The position numbers and the translations under genes were made by a program. Below are positions 58,380 to 64,000 of a DNA stretch of 64,000 bases, in pieces (position 1 is the first letter of the stretch; each line of letters opens with the position of its first letter). This DNA is from Candidatus Coatesbacteria bacterium. GTDB taxonomy: Bacteria; RBG-13-66-14. The stretch covers positions 591-64,590 of the forward strand of contig WJLX01000012.1 of the NCBI GenBank assembly GCA_014728225.1, given 5' to 3'. Below the pieces are notes generated by a model. That model was given only the letters and a program-made list of their open reading frames with translations, made no database searches and was not told the DNA's origin.

Positions 58380-59000
58380 CTACTCCATTCCGCCGGGGTT
58401 GGGTCGGGTCTCGGCGACCTCGATCAGGGCCAGCAGGGCGCCGAAAACCTCGTCGGCCGGATGGCGGTTGCCGCCGTGGAGCTCGGCCAGGGCGATGCCG
58501 TCGGTGGCGTCGAGGACCAGCTCGGCCAGCAGATCCGGCCCCAGGTCGCCCCGTCGGGGGGGACCGTCGGACAGGGAGGAGCGCAACAGCTCGCGCAGCC
58601 GATCCCGGCCGGCGTTGACCAGCCGGGCGCTCTCGTCGTCCCGGCCGACGGTCTGGAGGAACTCCAGGGTCCGGGCCCGGTTGCGGACGTAGCCGGTAAA
58701 ATCGTTGAAGACGGCGTAACCGAAGGCGACCAGGCCGTCGATGCCCGCTGAACCGGCCTCGAGAGCCTCGGCGCACCGGCGCAGCAGCTCCGCCGCCTCG
58801 GCGCTCCAGACGGCGCGCAGCAGGTCGGCTTTGGCGCCGAAGTGCTGGTAGATCGAGGAGACGGAGAGCCCGGCGGCGGCGGCGACGTCGCGCATCCGCA
58901 GCCCGGCGACCGGGGTCTCGGCGAGCAGGCCGCGGGCGGCGGCGATGATCCGGTCCCGGGTCGCGGCCGGTCCGGCGTCGTCGGGGGAAGGGTGTGCCAT
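58380..59000 (-). CDS. TetR-family transcriptional regulator
   Basis: N-terminal HTH RDRIIAAARGLLAETPVAGLRMRDVAAAAGLSVSSIYQHF. Start at internal Met MAHPSPDD. Confidence 0.75.
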   Translation of the reverse strand: MAHPSPDDAGPAATRDRIIAAARGLLAETPVAGLRMRDVAAAAGLSVSSIYQHFGAKADLLRAVWSAEAAELLRRCAEALEAGSAGIDGLVAFGYAVFNDFTGYVRNRARTLEFLQTVGRDDESARLVNAGRDRLRELLRSSLSDGPPRRGDLGPDLLAELVLDATDGIALAELHGGNRHPADEVFGALLALIEVAETRPNPGGME

Positions 59001-59117
59001 GACGACCCCATTATCCCAAGGCGCGGGGGGGTTGGTCAAGGCTGCCGAACAACGGTTCGGCGCGTCGTCAGCCGCTCCGCGCTTCGCTGGACCCCTGCGG
59101 CCGAACGGCCGTTCGGT

Positions 59118-59465
59118 TCAGCCGCGCAGATTCTCCAGGCGCCGGCGGGCCTCCGGCACCTGCTCGAGCAGGCCGGAGATCAGCCCGCAGGGCAGCTCGG
59201 CGCACTCGGCGCAGGTCTTGAAGCCCCTGTCGATGGCGCAGGCCCGGATCTCGCATTCCGGGGCGTGACAACCCAGGGGTTGCGGCGGGCGAGCCAAGCA
59301 GCCGTCACAGGGCAGATCCGCCGCATCGATCTCGGTCTGGTAGAGCTCGCTCCACTGCCGGGCGACTTCGGCGAAGGCCGCCCGGTCGCCGGAGCGGGTG
59401 GCGATGAAGGCCGGGCATTCGGCGCATTCCAGGCCGCAGCATCCTCCGTGTTCCAGCATGCTCAC
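59118..59465 (-). CDS. cysteine-rich DUF3795-like protein
   Basis: Twelve Cys in C..C / CxxC arrays (GCCGLECAECPAF; CDGCLARPPQPLGCHAPECEIRACAID; CAECAELPCG). Confidence 0.5.
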   Translation of the reverse strand: MSMLEHGGCCGLECAECPAFIATRSGDRAAFAEVARQWSELYQTEIDAADLPCDGCLARPPQPLGCHAPECEIRACAIDRGFKTCAECAELPCGLISGLLEQVPEARRRLENLRG

Positions 59466-59791
59466 TCCTTGGCCCAGACACCGAAGACGTGGCCCTCGGG
59501 GTCGCGCAGGCGGGCGTAAAAACCCATTCCGCCGCCGATGTCGGTCTTGGGGACCACCACGGCGCCGCCGGCGGCCTCGACCCCGCCCTGGACCGCCTCG
59601 ATGTCGGCGACCTCGAAGTAGATCACCGGATGCTCGACGTCGGCGGTGGGCTCACCGCCCAGGTTGCCGCCCAGATCGAACATCTCCGGGCCGCCGTAGC
59701 TGGTCCTGCCCCAGCCGAGAACGTTGCAGTAGAAGTCGAGCTGGGCCCGCCGGTCCTCGGCCGGTACCTCGAACCATACGATCCGGGACAT
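59462..59791 (-). CDS. VOC-family (glyoxalase/bleomycin-resistance fold) protein
   Basis: IVWFEVPAED...GFYARLRDPEGHVFGVW matches the Glyoxalase_2 pattern. Confidence 0.65.
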   Translation of the reverse strand: MSRIVWFEVPAEDRRAQLDFYCNVLGWGRTSYGGPEMFDLGGNLGGEPTADVEHPVIYFEVADIEAVQGGVEAAGGAVVVPKTDIGGGMGFYARLRDPEGHVFGVWAKE

Positions 59792-59821
59792 TGCCCTCCT
59801 CTCGTTGTTGTACCGCTTTGA

Positions 59822-59935
59822 CTAGTCGCTCTTCTTGAACTGGTCCCGGGGCGCGCCGCACTCCGGGCACTGCTGGGGTCGGCAGCGCACCTTGGCGGTC
59901 CGGTGACCGCACTTGCCGCAGACGTAGACCGGCAT
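59822..59935 (-). CDS. small (37 aa) zinc-ribbon protein, not in the ORF track
   Basis: ATG preceded by a GGGAGGAGG RBS. Encodes MPVYVCGKCGHRTAKVRCRPQQCPECGAPRDQFKKSD, with CxxC...CxxC. Stop TAG at 59822-59824. Confidence 0.4.
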   Translation of the reverse strand: MPVYVCGKCGHRTAKVRCRPQQCPECGAPRDQFKKSD

Positions 59936-59947
59936 TCCGCCTCCTCC

Positions 59948-61060
59948 CTATTCGACAGATGGATTGGCGTTCCACGGTTGACCGACGTATTGCTGATAGA
60001 ACTCAGTGGCGCTGATGGTCTCGAAAAGGGGATCGGCGGCAAAGGCTGCGGTGGGTTTCAAGACCACGCTGACATAGTAGTCCTTGTTCCAGTCTGCGGC
60101 TACCAGAGTGATCGGGTCCGGAGCGGCGATCACCCGGGAGGCGCCGTCGGCGAAGTTGTAGATTTTCAAGCAGTTGAGGGGGTCTTGATCGTTCCAGTCG
60201 GCGGCTGCCGCCGGCTCGGTGGTGGGGCCGTCGACGAGGGGTAGTCGATTTCATCTTCGTGCATCTCGCCCAGCCGGAGCAGTATCCGGGCGTCTTCCAG
60301 GTATTCTCAAGCTCGCCCACCACATATCGACTACGCAGATGGCCTCCAGGGTGCGGCAGTCGTAGACACCGAGATTACCAACACTGGTGTCGGCCCAATA
60401 GCGGGAACCGTCCTGCCAGAGTCCGAGCTCGCCATACTTGCGCAGGGGGCTTAACCGATGACACCCTTGCCTTACGGTTAGCTGGAATCCGGTATGCGCG
60501 AGGTGATCACCCGTGGCGAGCACGAGGTGCCGCTCGTCGGGGGATCGGCTATAGCGGGCTTGGTAACCCAACTCACCCTTGGCGGCGTTGTCGATGAATG
60601 CTTGTGCGGCTGCTAACAGCGCAGCGGCGTCACTCAAACCGGCTGTCGCCTCGACCTCGGCCAGGGCCGATAAGGCTTCCCGATCGAGCAGAAAACAGCC
60701 GGGTGTCCAGCCCGTGGTGCCGTCCTCCAGGATCACTTCTCGCCAGAGTATATGCCCTCCGGGGTCGTCGACGCTATACTCGTCGTGTTCATCGACCGCG
60801 GTGACCAATTGATCCCGCCGCAGGAGGGCGATTCTGGGGCTGGTCCGAGCCCGCCGCCGGGCGTACCGGTAACTCTTCGGCCGTACAGATCAAAACCGGC
60901 GCGGTCGCGGGGGTTTTGCTTTCCCAGGAGTTAGTCGTTTGATCGACCTGTTCCACCATGCCGGTCAGCTTCAGGACGGGGAGTTCAGCGGCCCGTCATC
61001 CGCCCGCTCATTGGCACAGCCCGCGATTAAGGTATGCAGCACCAGGGCTGCTAATCGATA
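59948..61060 (-). pseudogene. fragmented lipoprotein gene (signal peptide, then frameshifts and an in-frame TGA)
   Basis: From 61060: MKQYRLAALVLHTLIAGCANE lipobox, then a stop. The protein continues in two other frames (ORF 60251..60808). After the TGA at 60251 it reads through in-frame into 59948..60169 (repeat AADWN(D/K)). Local GC is visibly lower than the surroundings. Confidence 0.45.
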
Positions 61061-61199
61061 CTGTTTCATTGATTACCTTCCCGACAGCTTGAAGCGCTGA
61101 GACGTTGATCCCGTGAGCCGCTCCGTGCCAACCGGATCGCGCTTGACTGGCGATGTGTTTCAGTTGCCGCGTTTCTCAGGGCCTGAGCAGGTGCAACGG

Positions 61200-61538
61200 C
61201 TACTTGCTCCACAGGCCCAGCAGGGTGCCCTCGGGGTCGGTGAACAGGCCGATCTTGCCGTAGTCCCCGCCGTCGCCGGTGTCGATCTTCATCTCGCCCA
61301 TCACGGTCTTGCCGCCGCGGGCCTCGATCTTCTTCATGGTCTCCGGGATGCTCTCGACCTCGATATACAGCACCGGGACCCGACCGCGGGGGTCCAGGCC
61401 GCCGCCCAGCCCCGCGGGCGGGTTGACCAGCAGGTACTCGCCGGAGGGTTGCGTTTTCCAGCCGAACAGCTTGCCGTAGAACTCGCCCTGCTTCTCGGTG
61501 TCCCTGGCCGGGAGGTCGAAGTGAACGATGCCGTACAT
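61200..61538 (-). CDS. VOC-family (glyoxalase-fold) protein
   Basis: MYGIVHFDLPARD...GKIGLFTDPEGTLLGLW. Second VOC paralog in this neighbourhood. Confidence 0.65.
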   Translation of the reverse strand: MYGIVHFDLPARDTEKQGEFYGKLFGWKTQPSGEYLLVNPPAGLGGGLDPRGRVPVLYIEVESIPETMKKIEARGGKTVMGEMKIDTGDGGDYGKIGLFTDPEGTLLGLWSK

Positions 61539-61711
61539 GGCGCTCCTTGGTGTGGTTGTGGTGGACACTGCGAGGGTTCAAGTCGGCGCCGGTCCGGGGG
61601 CTCGCGCCTCGGGAAAAACGTATCAGCGGAACCGCATGGATGACAACTTAGGATTGTACTACAGGGCGGTTTCCAGGGCCAGGGGTTTTCGTGGTTGTGC
61701 TCTGTGGATGC

Positions 61712-61741
61712 TTGACTTCAAGCGTCGCGTTGCGTTACACT
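61712..61741 (+). promoter_or_regulatory. candidate promoter for tRNA-Leu (-35 TTGACT, 18-nt spacer, -10 TACACT)
   Basis: Hexamers lie 40 nt upstream of the tRNA 5' end. Confidence 0.3.
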
Positions 61742-61780
61742 TCCGCGGGTCCGGGGCGCCCTTCGGCGCCCGTTCCCGAC

Positions 61781-61867
61781 GCCGGGATGGCGGAACTGGC
61801 AGACGCGCATGGTTGAGGGCCATGTGGGGGAGACCCCATAGGAGTTCAAGTCTCCTTCCCGGCACCA
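61781..61867 (+). tRNA. tRNA-Leu (anticodon GAG)
   Basis: 87 nt with encoded CCA. Acceptor GCCGGGA/TCCCGGC. Anticodon stem CATGG/CCATG with loop TTGAGGG. Long variable arm GGGG-aga-CCCC. T-arm AGGAG-TTCAAGT-CTCCT. Confidence 0.85.
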
Positions 61868-61968
61868 GTACAATCAACAAACCACCCGGGAGGCTGGAGG
61901 GCACTGGTGCGCTCGCTGCGAACGAGCGACGCCGGTTGGCTCCCGGCGGCACCCGGGGGTTTTTCTAG

Positions 61969-63831
<1,863 letters not shown>

Positions 63832-63845
63832 GCGGTCGGGGGCGG

Positions 63846-64000
63846 GGGTGAGACGGTGATCTTCTGGCGGAAATGGCTGCGCGACTTCGTCCGCTTCGTG
63901 CTCCAGGCCCCGGCCCGGGCGCTGGCCTTCCTGGAGGTCGAGCCGGCCACCCTGACCCTGCTGGGCCTCACGGCGAGCCTGGGCGCCGGGTTCGTCGCCG
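63846..64000 (+). CDS. membrane protein, 5' part only (possibly CDP-alcohol phosphatidyltransferase family)
   Basis: GTG start. VIFWRKWLRDFVRFVL...EPATLTLLGLTASLGAGF resembles the N-terminal PN.LT..R.. region of that family. Truncated by the window end. Confidence 0.25.

Noticed and set aside
60251-60253. In-frame TGA as selenocysteine or alternative-genetic-code sense codon
   Set aside because: tgt, eda, the dehydratase and others end with TGA as genuine stops. No SECIS-like hairpin is evident. The same locus also has two frameshifts, so a pseudogene or sequencing error is the simpler explanation.

Overview
High-GC (~70%) window from what looks like an uncultivated bacterium of the FCB-type lineage. 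That guess rests on two things: a PorX/PorY-like two-component pair, and a T9SS-type C-terminal sorting domain on a secreted M28 peptidase. I call ~60 protein genes from sequence. Housekeeping genes: panD, tgt, tilS, mutS, proS, coaE, recR, uvrD/pcrA, glnA, recO, gap, tRNA-Leu(GAG), ccdA-like. A semi-phosphorylative ED-like sugar-acid operon: eda, IlvD/EDD-family dehydratase, PfkB kinase. Signalling/motility module: mglB-mglA-DUF4388. Nucleotide-cyclase signalling proteins: two large cyclase-STAND-TPR paralogs (one with a degenerate pseudo-cyclase domain), a GAF-cyclase, and a GGDEF-NHL fusion. Many secreted, lipoprotein or beta-propeller proteins. The most striking feature is a previously unrecognised family of nested palindromic repeat elements. 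It has 7 nearly identical cores plus 4 degenerate relatives, confined to intergenic spacers in both orientations, roughly 1 per 9 kb. Each core is a conserved 22-bp inverted repeat, CCGGAACCGGCACGGTTTTTGC / GCAAAAACCGTGCCGGTTCC, enclosing an asymmetric internal segment and a copy-specific inner hairpin. Most cores are themselves flanked by copy-specific outer inverted repeats, giving ~160-200 bp composite structures. Other notable items: an IS1595-like transposase remnant, a frameshifted lipoprotein pseudogene in a lower-GC patch, an in-frame 84-bp tandem repeat inside the RecR zinc finger, a low-complexity insertion in Tgt, and tandem secreted paralogs built from a novel ~110-aa 'WGNL' repeat domain. 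The long antisense ORFs in the ORF track are GC artefacts. ORFs threaded through the palindromic elements share RNWHGFC/QKPCRF peptides and are spurious.
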